The notes beneath the pieces are model-generated. The model searched no databases and was not told the origin of the DNA. It saw only the letters and a list, made by a program, of their open reading frames with translations. From Bacteroidetes bacterium UBA1952 (lineage in GTDB: Bacteria; Bacteroidota; Bacteroidia; Chitinophagales; Chitinophagaceae): a DNA stretch of 35,362 bases. The stretch is taken from contig DDEO01000031.1 in the NCBI GenBank assembly GCA_002336725.1, positions 1 to 35,362 on the forward strand, written 5' to 3'. Shown one piece after another: positions 24,365 through 33,322 of this stretch. Both the position numbers and the translations under genes were made by a program. Every line of letters begins with the position of its first letter. Position 1 is the stretch's first letter.

Positions 24365-25582
24365 TTAAATACCGGAAGCCATCAGCAGGTCGAGGTCGGT
24401 ATATTTCATCCCAAAACGTTTGGAGATAGGTGCGCTTGTTACCGATCCTTTGTAGAGATACACGCCGTGGCGCAGCCCTGCTTTCGAGAAAATTACATTT
24501 TCGGCACCGCCATGTTCCCTAAATTCCAGCAACACCGGCATCAATACATTGGAAACCGCCCGCGAGGCCGTTCGTGAAACCCCCGATGCAATATTGGGTA
24601 CACAATAGTGAATGACATCGTATTTCCGGAAAACGGGCTTCTCGTGCGTCGTCATTCGCGAAGTTTCCACGCAGCCGCCCCGGTCGATGCTCACGTCAAT
24701 AATCACCGAACCGGCCTTCATATTCTGCACCATTTCTTCCGTTACCACCATCGGCGTGATGCCGTTTTGTGGCTTCATCGCGCCAATCAGCACGTTGGCA
24801 TTCATCAGCTCCCGCGCCAGCGTTACCGGCTCTATCACCGAGGTATAAAGGCGGTGGCCTACATGGTTTTGAAGGCGCATCAGCCGATAAATAGAATTGT
24901 CGAACACCTTCACCGAAGCGCCCAGCCCCAGCGCCGTGCGGGCTGCATAAGTGCCTACAATGCCGGCCCCGATAATCACCACTTCGGCGGGCGGAACGCC
25001 GGTGATGCCGCCCAGCAACACGCCTTTTCCCTGGTGCATCCCATTGCTGAGCAGTTGCGCCGCCGTGAGGATGGCCGAGGAACCGGCAATCTCGCTCATA
25101 GCACGCACGACAGGATACGTTCCGGCATCGTCTTTGATAAACTCGAAGGCAATGGCAATGATTTTTTTGCGAACCATTTCTTCAATCATCTCCTGCTTGA
25201 TGAGCGGCAGATGGATGGGCGAGATGATGACCTGCGAGGGTTGTAGCAGCGGCAGTTCCTCTTCGCAAATGGGCGCAGATTTGATGATAGTGGTCGCCTT
25301 AAAAACATCTTCCTTGTCGTAGGCAATGCGTGCGCCGGCTTCGCTGTAATCGGAGTCGAAATAGAAAGACCCATCGCCCGCGCCCTGTTCAATAACCACT
25401 TCCACACCGTTGTTGACCAACACGCTCACGGCTTCGGGCGTGAGCGGTACGCGGTTTTCCAGAAAAGCCGTCTCTTTAGGAATACCTACAAACATCTCTT
25501 TGCGGCGCGGCATCACCTCCAGGGTTTCCGCCAGGGTGGAATAAGCAAAAGAAGCGGTAACGACAGGACGCTTTACCATCAT
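24365..25582 (-). CDS. Alanine dehydrogenase / PNT-family NAD(H)-binding dehydrogenase
   Basis: FVGIPKETAFLENRVPLTPEAVSVLVNNGVEVVIEQGAG and the Rossmann motif VVIIGAGIVGTYAARTALGLGASVKVFD. The start was chosen at MMVKRP (25582). An alternative start, MFVGIPKE, lies further in. Confidence 0.8.
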   Translation of the reverse strand: MMVKRPVVTASFAYSTLAETLEVMPRRKEMFVGIPKETAFLENRVPLTPEAVSVLVNNGVEVVIEQGAGDGSFYFDSDYSEAGARIAYDKEDVFKATTIIKSAPICEEELPLLQPSQVIISPIHLPLIKQEMIEEMVRKKIIAIAFEFIKDDAGTYPVVRAMSEIAGSSAILTAAQLLSNGMHQGKGVLLGGITGVPPAEVVIIGAGIVGTYAARTALGLGASVKVFDNSIYRLMRLQNHVGHRLYTSVIEPVTLARELMNANVLIGAMKPQNGITPMVVTEEMVQNMKAGSVIIDVSIDRGGCVETSRMTTHEKPVFRKYDVIHYCVPNIASGVSRTASRAVSNVLMPVLLEFREHGGAENVIFSKAGLRHGVYLYKGSVTSAPISKRFGMKYTDLDLLMASGI

Positions 25583-25773
25583 GTGGCAGGAGGGTTGAAG
25601 AAGGGAAAGATAATTCCGGAAAACGGAATGCTTGCAGGTACGCTCCTGCAAAGTTCGCCCTAAGTGCTAATTGTGTTACGACTTTCCGGGATAGAAAATT
25701 AAATTTCCGGAAAAGTGCCGTTTGTCAGCCCAGCGCCGCTTCCCTTTTAACGCCGTAGTGCAAACCCAAATGA

Positions 25774-25781
25774 TACCTTTG
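25774..25781 (+). promoter_or_regulatory. Candidate -7 box (TACCTTTG) upstream of rpoN
   Basis: Exact TAnnTTTG match 38 nt upstream of the rpoN ATG. No well-spaced -33 TTTG was seen. Confidence 0.4.
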
Positions 25782-25819
25782 TGCTTTGATTTTCGCGCAC
25801 CGGACTCTTTAGGTTTCAG

Positions 25820-27298
25820 ATGATTCGTCAGTTTCAGACTCAAAAACTTCTTCAACGTCTTTCGCCGCAGCAGATTCAGTTTATGCAACTGCTGCAAGCG
25901 CCTACTATGGCCCTGGAAGAACGTATCAAAGAAGAACTTGAGATAAACCCAACGCTGGAATATGCCTCGGAATCGCCGGGGGCCAATGATGCCGAAGAAG
26001 ACGATTATGAGGCCGAAGACGAAAACCTGGAGTCTTCCGCCGAAGGCGAATCCATCGATCTGGATGAATATCTGCGCAGCGAAAACCAGGACGATGCCGA
26101 CGTTTGGGAAGACGAACCGCAATACAGCGGCTCCGGCAGCGGCGACAGCCCCGGCGGGCGCTACTCGGTAGAATCGGGCTTTTATGAACAAATGATGGAG
26201 CAGGTGTCGATGCTGGGCCTGCCGGCGGAAGAAGACGCAATTGCCCGCCAACTGGTAGGCACGCTCGACGAAGACGGCTACCTGCGCCGCGACCTCGTCT
26301 CTATCGCCGACGACCTCGCCTTTGGCCAAAACGTTTATACCGATGTCGAAAAGGTGGAATCGGTTTTAAAGAAAATCCAGCAACTCGACCCGCCCGGCAT
26401 TGCCGCCCGCGACCTGCAGGAATGCCTGCTGCTGCAACTCGAACGCCAGCCCCAAAACATACCCGCCGTGCAGCACAGCATCGAAATTCTGCGGCGCTAT
26501 TTTCCGGAATTTACCTCCAAACACTACGAGCGCATTCAGCGTTCCCTCCAACTGAGCGACGAGGAACTGCGCGAGGCCATCAATCACATCCTGAAGCTCG
26601 ACCCGCGACCCGGCGTGGCTTTCAGCGTGCTCAACCGCGCCGAGACCTATGTGGTTCCGGATTTTTTTGTGCGGACTGAAAACGGCGAACTGCACGTAAC
26701 GCTCAACGCCCGCAACGCGCCGGAACTGCGCATCTCGGAAAGCTATCAGGAAATGGTGCAGGCCTACGAGCGCAGTCAGTCGAAGAGCGCGGCCCAAAAG
26801 GAAGCCATCAGCTTTATCCGCCAGAAACTCGACTCGGCCAAGTGGTTTATTGATGCCATCCGGCAGCGCCAGCAAACGCTGCTCGGCACGATGAACGCGA
26901 TTATTTCCCTTCAGAAAAATTTCTTTATCACCGGCGACGAATCGGCCATCCGGCCCATGGTGCTGCGCGATGTGGCGGCCATCACGGGGCAGGATGTCTC
27001 CACGGTTTCGCGGGTGGTAAACAGCAAATACATCCAGACCGAATACGGAACCTACCGACTCAAATATTTTTTCTCGGAAGGTCATCAGCTCGAAAGCGGC
27101 GAAGAGGTGAGCACCCGCGAGCTGCGCAAAATTCTACAGGAAGCCGTGGGCAATGAAGACAAAAGCGCCCCGCTCTCCGACGAAAAACTCACCGAACTGC
27201 TGGCCGCCAAAGGCTACAATCTGGCGCGCCGCACGGTGGCCAAATACCGCGAACAATTGCAGATTCCGGTAGCGCGAATGCGCAAAAGCCTGGGGTAG
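25820..27298 (+). CDS. rpoN: RNA polymerase sigma-54 factor
   Basis: MIRQFQTQKLLQRLSPQQIQFMQLLQAPTMALEERIKEELEINPTLE, an acidic linker, and the C-terminal RpoN box ARRTVAKYREQLQIPVARMRK. Confidence 0.95.
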   Translation: MIRQFQTQKLLQRLSPQQIQFMQLLQAPTMALEERIKEELEINPTLEYASESPGANDAEEDDYEAEDENLESSAEGESIDLDEYLRSENQDDADVWEDEPQYSGSGSGDSPGGRYSVESGFYEQMMEQVSMLGLPAEEDAIARQLVGTLDEDGYLRRDLVSIADDLAFGQNVYTDVEKVESVLKKIQQLDPPGIAARDLQECLLLQLERQPQNIPAVQHSIEILRRYFPEFTSKHYERIQRSLQLSDEELREAINHILKLDPRPGVAFSVLNRAETYVVPDFFVRTENGELHVTLNARNAPELRISESYQEMVQAYERSQSKSAAQKEAISFIRQKLDSAKWFIDAIRQRQQTLLGTMNAIISLQKNFFITGDESAIRPMVLRDVAAITGQDVSTVSRVVNSKYIQTEYGTYRLKYFFSEGHQLESGEEVSTRELRKILQEAVGNEDKSAPLSDEKLTELLAAKGYNLARRTVAKYREQLQIPVARMRKSLG

Positions 27299-27381
27299 GG
27301 GCCGCCCTGTGTGGCGGCCCAACATCGGATGTGGCGGCCCAACATCGGGTGTGGCCGCCCAATATCGGATGCGTCCGGCCC
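27299..27381 (+). repeat. Hairpin abutting the rpoN stop codon followed by a 3 x 20-nt tandem repeat
   Basis: TAG (27296..27298), then gggccgcc-ctgtgt-ggcggccc (27299..27320). Units gtggcggcccaacatcggat, gtggcggcccaacatcgggt and gtggccgcccaatatcggat start at 27311, 27331 and 27351. Confidence 0.9.
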
Positions 27382-27386
27382 TTCCA

Positions 27387-27408
27387 ATCCTGAAAATCCG
27401 CGGTCTAT
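27387..27408. repeat. Dispersed ~22-nt motif, copy 2
   Basis: atcctgaaaatccgcggtctat. Compare 18862..18884. Confidence 0.6.
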
Positions 27409-27446
27409 CTACGGCCATTGAGTATTGAGCCATTGAGAAATTAAAA

Positions 27447-28289
27447 ATGTTGTTTTTTCGCCTCCTTTCCCGCCTGCCTCTCTGGCTGCTCTACGGTTTT
27501 TCCAGCGTGGCGCGGGTGGTTCTTTTCGGGGCAATGCAATACCGCAGAAAGGTAGTTTTGGAGAATTTAAGGCACGCCTTTCCGGAAAAAAGCATTCCGG
27601 AAATCCAGGCTGTCCGACGGGCTTTTGAGGCGGCCTTTTGCGACCAATGGGTAGAGACCATCAAGTTGCTTTCCGTTTCCCGAACAACGCTCAACCGGCG
27701 TATGGCCGGCAACTGGGAACTGCTGCGCCAACTGGGCGAAGAAGGCCGCGATGTGTATGTGTTGCTCGGTCATCAGTTCAACTGGGAATGGGCCTTTGTA
27801 GCGACGCAATGGAATATCCCGCAAACAATGGCGGGCTTTTACCTGCCGGTTTCCAATCCGTCCTTCGACCAGTTGATGCAGCGCATTCGTTCGCGCGGCG
27901 GCGGGCTGCTCATTTCCCTTAAAAACCTGCGTGCCGGACTGATGGCCTTGCAAGGCAAACGCTTTGTAGCCGGACTGATTGCCGACCAGAATCCTTCGCA
28001 GCCGGAAAATGCCCTCTGGGTTTCGTTTATGCACCGCGAAGCGCCGTTTTTTCGGGGGCCGGAAGCACTGGCGCGCAAGGCGGGGGCGGCGGTTGTTTTT
28101 GCAGAAGTGGTCCGGGAAAAGCGCGGGCGCTACGAGGTAATTTTAACCCTGTACACGCGCAATGCCGCAGCGACAACGCCGGAAGAAATCACGCGCCGGT
28201 ATGTGCAGCACCTGGAAGAATGCCTGCACCGGCAGCCGCATAATTATCTCTGGAGCCACCGCCGCTGGAAGTGGAAGCGGGATGAATAA
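27447..28289 (+). CDS. Lipid A biosynthesis (LpxL/HtrB-type) lysophospholipid acyltransferase family protein
   Basis: N-terminal TM segment, RRKVVLENLRHAFPEKS, the HQFNWEW acyltransferase motif, and the C-terminal YLWSHRRWK typical of this family. Confidence 0.8.
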   Translation: MLFFRLLSRLPLWLLYGFSSVARVVLFGAMQYRRKVVLENLRHAFPEKSIPEIQAVRRAFEAAFCDQWVETIKLLSVSRTTLNRRMAGNWELLRQLGEEGRDVYVLLGHQFNWEWAFVATQWNIPQTMAGFYLPVSNPSFDQLMQRIRSRGGGLLISLKNLRAGLMALQGKRFVAGLIADQNPSQPENALWVSFMHREAPFFRGPEALARKAGAAVVFAEVVREKRGRYEVILTLYTRNAAATTPEEITRRYVQHLEECLHRQPHNYLWSHRRWKWKRDE

Positions 28290-28360
28290 GGGGCGTTTTT
28301 TAAAATAAGATTCTTGCGAAAGTCGTTTCATGCAGCATTTTCGTTGTTGCGTAGCACGCC

Positions 28361-28492
28361 CCCAATCTCGATTATTCTGTGTTGTGGAGACGGCGAGCCT
28401 GACCCTTAATACCGACAACCCGCATAATGGAGATGGCGGGTTACCGCCTTTCAGCGGCACAGGCTCCGCCGCCATGACGGATTACGTACGAA
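28361..28492. repeat. Inverted partial copy of the 21444..21727 composite element
   Basis: cgattattctgtgttgtggagacggcgagcctgacccttaataccgacaacccgcataatggagatggcggg is about 90% identical by eye to the reverse complement of 21650..21720. It continues ...ggcacaggctccgccgccatgacggattacgtacg, matching the left part and the 28-mer unit of the other locus. Confidence 0.8.
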
Positions 28493-28569
28493 GGATTAAA
28501 GGAGCATATACCGCCATCTATTTTAAAATGGTATAATTCCCGATCTCACGTTAAAGAAGGTCTTTTACG

Positions 28570-28611
28570 AAAAAAATCCCGCCTGCTCTAAAACAGCAGG
28601 CGGGATTTTTC
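28570..28611. terminator. Bidirectional rho-independent terminator (acyltransferase gene / secDF)
   Basis: aaaaaaatcccgcctgct-ctaaaac-agcaggcgggattttt: a 12-bp stem flanked by an A-run and a T-run. Confidence 0.9.
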
Positions 28612-28633
28612 TATAAAAGAAATGCACGTGGTG

Positions 28634-31600
28634 CTATGCCAGTTTCTTCAATTCGGCCACGCGGGCTTCTTTGTCCACCTCGTTTTTGAGCTTATCGCCC
28701 TTGTCGAGGTCCACCAGAATCGGGGCGGCAACGAAGATGGAAGAATACGTGCCGATGACTACGCCAATCAGCATGGCGAAGGCGAAGCCACGGGTTGTTT
28801 CGCCGCCAAACAGGAACAGCACCAGCACCACCAGAAACACCGTTACCGAGGTCATAATCGTGCGGCTCAGCGTGTCGTTGATGGAGCGGTTGATAACCGT
28901 TTTCTTGTCCTGGCCCGGATGTTTCCGGAAATTCTCGCGGATCCGGTCAAATACAATCACCGTATCGTTCATCGAGAAGCCAATAACCGTGAGGATGGCG
29001 GCGATGAAGTGCTGATCAATTTCAAGGGTGAAGGGTACTACATGGCGCAGGAACGAGAACACGGCCAGCGTGATGGCCACGTCGTGTACCAGCGAGGCGA
29101 TGGTGCCCAGCGAATACTGCCATTTCCGGAAACGAACCAGGATATAGATGAAGATGGCCGCCAGCGAGAGCAGTGTTGCCTGCACCGCACCTTTCTTGAG
29201 GTCGTCGGAAATAGTTGGGAGAACGGTTTGCTCATTCACCACATAGTTGCGACGGAAAGCCTCCAGCGACACACTGGCCGGGATCAGCCCTTCCTTCGTC
29301 AGGCCCTCATGCAGCTTGGTGGCCACCTTGCCGGTTGCTTCCTGCGTGTGTTGCTCGATGAGGTACGTGGTGGTGATGTTCAGCTCGTTGTTGTTGCCGA
29401 TGGTCTTTACAATCGGGCGTTCGCCAAAGTATTTATCCAGCTTCTCGCGTACTTCCGTTACTGTGTAGGGCTTGTCGAAGCGAACCGTATAAGAACGGCC
29501 ACCGGCAAACTCTACGCCATAATCGAAGCCGTTGAACAGCGAGCCGATACCGGCCACAAATACAATTGCGAAGATGATATAGGCTACTTTCCGGAAACCG
29601 ATAAAGTCGAAATGGGCTTTCTGGAAGATCTTCTTCGACAGCGTGGTGAAATAATTGAAGTGGCGGTTCCGGTTGGTGTACATATCGGTGATAAGACGGC
29701 TCACCGAAAGGCCGCCAAAGACCGACAGGATGAGGCCGAGCATCTGCGTAGTGGCAAAGCCGCGCACCGGGCCGAGGCCGAAGTAGAACAGGATCAAGGC
29801 CGTGATAAACTGGGTGATATGCCCGTCGAGCACCGGCGCATACGAGCGGGTATAACCGCGCCGCACGGCCTCGGGGTAGGTATGCCCTTCGGCCAGTTCT
29901 TCTTTAATCCTTTCAAACACAATTACGTTGGTATCCACCGCCATACCGATGGTCAGCACCAGACCGGCAATGCCCGGCATGGTGAGCGTGGCACCAAACA
30001 TCGAGAGGATGGCGATGGTGAAAAACACGTTCAGGATAAGCGCGATATTGGCCACCATACCGCCCGTGTTGTAATACACCAGCATCAGGGCGAAGATGAT
30101 GACAAAGGCGATGATCAGCGAGTTGATACCCGAAGCGATGTTTTCAGCGCCGAGCGTCGGGCCTACTACCTGCTCCTGCACGATGCGCGCCGGGGCGGGC
30201 AGCTTGCCGGTCTTGAGGATATTGGCCAGGTCGGTGGCATCTTCGAGGGTGAAGGAGCCGGAAATAGCCGTGTTGCCGCCGGCAATTTCGCCGTTTACGA
30301 TGGGCGAAGAATACACCTTGTCATCGAGCACAACGGCCACGAATTTGCCCACGTTGGAGCCGGTCATCTTCTTCCAGATCTGCGCACCGGAGAAGTCCAT
30401 GCTCATGCTCACCTGCGGTTCGCCGTTCATGCCAAAGTCGGAGCGGGCATCCACCACATGGTTGCCTTCAAGCTGTGCGCCGCCGCCGGGTGCCTGCTTC
30501 AGTGCATAGAGGCGCAGTGGCGCAGCGGCGTTGTTGCGCTCGGCGCGGCTCTCGGAGCCATATACAAACTTCACATTGGCCGGGAATTGATTGCGCACCG
30601 CGTCGAGCGCCAGGTATTGATTCAGCTGGGCGGTATCTTTCTTCATCACCAGGCCCACCACCGGCGAGTTTCCGCGTAGCAGGTCTTCGGAGAGCAGCCA
30701 CACTTTTTGCAGCGGATTTTTTCCGGCATCGGCTTTGGAGGTATCGCCCGGCTTGGTGGTGCCGCCTACCAGTGCGCTCAGCGAAGAGGTGTCGCCGGCA
30801 GCCGGAGCGGTCGTTTTTGCGGTATCGTTTTTGGCAACGGTTGCGGTGTCGGTCGGGGTGATTGCTTTTGTGCCGCTCAGGTAGGCCGCGAGGGCTTTTT
30901 CAGCCGCCTCATATTTGGTCAGGATTTCCTGATTGTTATAAGTCTCGTAGAACTCCAGATTGGCGGTGCTTTGCAGGTAGTTGCGCACGCGCTCCGGGTT
31001 GCGCACACCGGCCAGTTCAACGGTGATGATTTCTTTGGTTTCATCGAGGTTGATATTGGGTTGGGCAACGCCAAACTTGTCAATCCGCGTTTGAAGCACC
31101 TTGTAAGTGCGTTGTACGGCATCTTTGGCTTCTTTGCGAATCTGGGCCAGCACCTGATCGTTGGAGCTTTGCAGGGTAATTTTTTCCTGCGAAGGCTTGG
31201 TGAACAGGTAGGCAATTTTGGCCGAGGGGTTGGTCTTTGCAAACTCTTCGCCGAAGAGCGTTACAAAGTCGGCCTGGCTGCTGGCTTTGCGTTCTTCTGC
31301 CTTCGCCAGTGCAGCGTTGAGCGCCGGGTCCTGTGGGTTGTTGCTCATGGAGCGCACCAGGTCGGAGAGGCTCACGTCGAGCGTTACGTTCATACCGCCC
31401 TGCAGGTCGAGGCCGAGGTTCAGCTCGTTGGCCTTGGCTTGCTGGTAGGTATATTTTTTGAAGAGCAGATTCACGACCTTTTCGCCCTGAAGCGAGTCGG
31501 TGAGGTGATTGTATTGCTCGTCAATGAGGTGCTGAAGCTCCAGGCCGGAAGCCGTTGGATGTGCGGTGCGCGTCTGTCGCTCGGCCTGTGCGCGGGCTTT

Positions 31601-31699
31601 CTTCTCTACGCCCTGCACCAGAAAGGTGAAGGAAAGCTGGTAGAGAGAAATCAAAATCAGGGCTGCGGTGAAAAACTTCACCAGTCCTTTCAACTGCAT
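28634..31699 (-). CDS. secDF: Fused protein translocase subunit SecDF
   Basis: 1,021 aa. MQLKGLVKFFTAALILISLYQLSFTF, LDLQGGMNVTLDV, a large periplasmic domain, and two six-TM bundles (GIAGLVLTIGMAVDTNVIVFERIKEE and IGFSMNDTVIVFDRIRE). Confidence 0.95.
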   Translation of the reverse strand: MQLKGLVKFFTAALILISLYQLSFTFLVQGVEKKARAQAERQTRTAHPTASGLELQHLIDEQYNHLTDSLQGEKVVNLLFKKYTYQQAKANELNLGLDLQGGMNVTLDVSLSDLVRSMSNNPQDPALNAALAKAEERKASSQADFVTLFGEEFAKTNPSAKIAYLFTKPSQEKITLQSSNDQVLAQIRKEAKDAVQRTYKVLQTRIDKFGVAQPNINLDETKEIITVELAGVRNPERVRNYLQSTANLEFYETYNNQEILTKYEAAEKALAAYLSGTKAITPTDTATVAKNDTAKTTAPAAGDTSSLSALVGGTTKPGDTSKADAGKNPLQKVWLLSEDLLRGNSPVVGLVMKKDTAQLNQYLALDAVRNQFPANVKFVYGSESRAERNNAAAPLRLYALKQAPGGGAQLEGNHVVDARSDFGMNGEPQVSMSMDFSGAQIWKKMTGSNVGKFVAVVLDDKVYSSPIVNGEIAGGNTAISGSFTLEDATDLANILKTGKLPAPARIVQEQVVGPTLGAENIASGINSLIIAFVIIFALMLVYYNTGGMVANIALILNVFFTIAILSMFGATLTMPGIAGLVLTIGMAVDTNVIVFERIKEELAEGHTYPEAVRRGYTRSYAPVLDGHITQFITALILFYFGLGPVRGFATTQMLGLILSVFGGLSVSRLITDMYTNRNRHFNYFTTLSKKIFQKAHFDFIGFRKVAYIIFAIVFVAGIGSLFNGFDYGVEFAGGRSYTVRFDKPYTVTEVREKLDKYFGERPIVKTIGNNNELNITTTYLIEQHTQEATGKVATKLHEGLTKEGLIPASVSLEAFRRNYVVNEQTVLPTISDDLKKGAVQATLLSLAAIFIYILVRFRKWQYSLGTIASLVHDVAITLAVFSFLRHVVPFTLEIDQHFIAAILTVIGFSMNDTVIVFDRIRENFRKHPGQDKKTVINRSINDTLSRTIMTSVTVFLVVLVLFLFGGETTRGFAFAMLIGVVIGTYSSIFVAAPILVDLDKGDKLKNEVDKEARVAELKKLA

Positions 31700-31924
31700 G
31701 TGAGAAATGGGATTCTGGGTAAAACCGGGAAAATAAGTGCGCGAAGATAGTATTTATAAAAAAGACAAAAGACTGTTTTAGACACAACTAGCAAGACAGA
31801 AGACAAAACAGCCCGGATAGCGGCATCAAAATACAGGTATCCAGACGAAAAAGGAACCCGCCGGGAAGCATATTTTTTTCATGGATTATGAACAGCGGGC
31901 ATCAAGCCACAAATCGCTCCCACC

Positions 31925-31951
31925 CATGAAACATGAAACATGAAACATGAA
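31925..31951. repeat. Heptanucleotide tandem repeat (CATGAAA) x3, plus one imperfect unit
   Basis: catgaaa at 31925, 31932 and 31939, then catgaat, running directly into the rlmN stop codon (31952..31954). Confidence 0.9.
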
Positions 31952-32992
31952 TTACGCTTCCTCGCCTACATTGGCCAGTTGCCCGCAGGCGGCATCAATA
32001 TCTTTTCCCCGGCTGCGGCGCAGGTGTACGTTTACCTTTTTGCTCTCTAAGTAGCGCACAAAATTATCGGTGGTGATTTCGTCTGGCTTCTGGAAGTGCG
32101 CCATGCCAATGGGGTTGTATTCAATAATATTGATCAGGTCGGCAGGTACGCGGCGGTAGATCTTCACCAGTTCCTCCGCGTCGGCGATGCTGTCGTTCAG
32201 ATCCTTAAACAGGATGTATTCAAAAGTGATTTCGCCGCGTGTTTTTTTATAGAAATAATTCAGTGCTTCGATAAGGGCGGCAATATTATTGGTGTCGTTG
32301 ATGGGCATCACCTCCGAGCGTTTGGCATCGGTGGGCGCGTGCAGCGAGAGGGCCAGTTTGAAGCGTACGCCGTCATCGCCGAGTTGCCGGATCATCTTGG
32401 CCACGCCGGCAGTAGAAAGCGTAATGCGGCGCGGACTCATCCCCAGTCCTTCCGGCGAAGTGATTTTCTCAATCGCCTTCATCACCTCTTTATAGTTGAG
32501 CAGCGGCTCGCCCATGCCCATAAACACAATATTGCTCAGCTTGCGGCCATAGTGCCGGAGCGATTGCTCGTTGAGCAGCGTTACCTCGTCCACAATCTCG
32601 TCGAATAGCAAATTGCGGGTGCGCGGCAGGTAGCCGGTGGCGCAAAACTTACACGAGAGCGAACAGCCCACCTGGCTCGATACGCAGGCCGTTACGCGGT
32701 TATCGGTCGGGATGAGTACGCCCTCAATGTAGTTGCCGTCATGCAATACAAAGCGGTTTTTCACCGTTCCATCCTCGGAGTGCTGGGTGTGATGAATGGC
32801 TACTTTGGGAATATAAAAAGCCGCAGAGAGTTTTTCGCGCAGCGCCTTCGGCAGGTTGCTCATCTCCTCAATGCCGGCGGCGTGTTTTTTCCAGATCCAG
32901 TCGTGCACCTGTGCCGCGCGATACCGGGGTTCGCCCCATTCGTCAAACACCCGCTGCAATTCTTCCAACCCTACGGTTCGCAAGTTTTTCAT
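31952..32992 (-). CDS. rlmN: 23S rRNA (adenine2503-C2)-methyltransferase, radical SAM
   Basis: RYRAAQVHDWIWKK, the radical-SAM cluster motif CVSSQVGCSLSCKFCATG, GMGEPLLN and the terminal DIDAACGQL. Confidence 0.95.
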   Translation of the reverse strand: MKNLRTVGLEELQRVFDEWGEPRYRAAQVHDWIWKKHAAGIEEMSNLPKALREKLSAAFYIPKVAIHHTQHSEDGTVKNRFVLHDGNYIEGVLIPTDNRVTACVSSQVGCSLSCKFCATGYLPRTRNLLFDEIVDEVTLLNEQSLRHYGRKLSNIVFMGMGEPLLNYKEVMKAIEKITSPEGLGMSPRRITLSTAGVAKMIRQLGDDGVRFKLALSLHAPTDAKRSEVMPINDTNNIAALIEALNYFYKKTRGEITFEYILFKDLNDSIADAEELVKIYRRVPADLINIIEYNPIGMAHFQKPDEITTDNFVRYLESKKVNVHLRRSRGKDIDAACGQLANVGEEA

Positions 32993-33009
32993 AAGTGCAA
33001 AATTAACGC

Positions 33010-33300
33010 CTGCGGCGTTGGAAGCCGTCCGGGCGTTGGAGCCTTCGGCTTGGAAATGTTGGATGCCCTACGGGCGTTAGACAATGTTGGACGTTTCGCT
33101 GTTGGAAGATGTTGGATGCCCTACGGGCGTTGGAGCCTTCGGCTTCAGGTTGTGTCTGTTATTTATGTTGCAACCTTGCATGGTTTTAAAAATTAAACGG
33201 CGCAGCTTCCAACAGCCTCAGCCTCCAACAGCGAAGCTGTCCAACGGCTTTGGCTGTCCAACGGCGAAGCCCTCCAACAGCGCCAGCGTCCAACAGCGTA
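33010..33300. repeat. Opposed arrays of short repeats: GTTGGA-containing units (left) and TCCAAC-containing units (right)
   Basis: About 8 GTTGGA-type units between 33017 and 33133, including the duplicated tgttggatgccctacgggcgtt. Six TCCAACRGC units with 16-17-nt spacing between 33207 and 33293. An AT-rich centre at ~33140..33195. The region lies between the divergent rlmN and glycosyltransferase starts. Confidence 0.85.
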
Positions 33301-33322
33301 GCCTTTCCTAATTTCGCTTCCC

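Noticed and set aside
28622-30679. 685-aa + strand ORF
   Set aside because: It is antisense to the fused SecDF gene, which has clear family motifs. The + strand product is His/Gly/Arg-rich low-complexity sequence.
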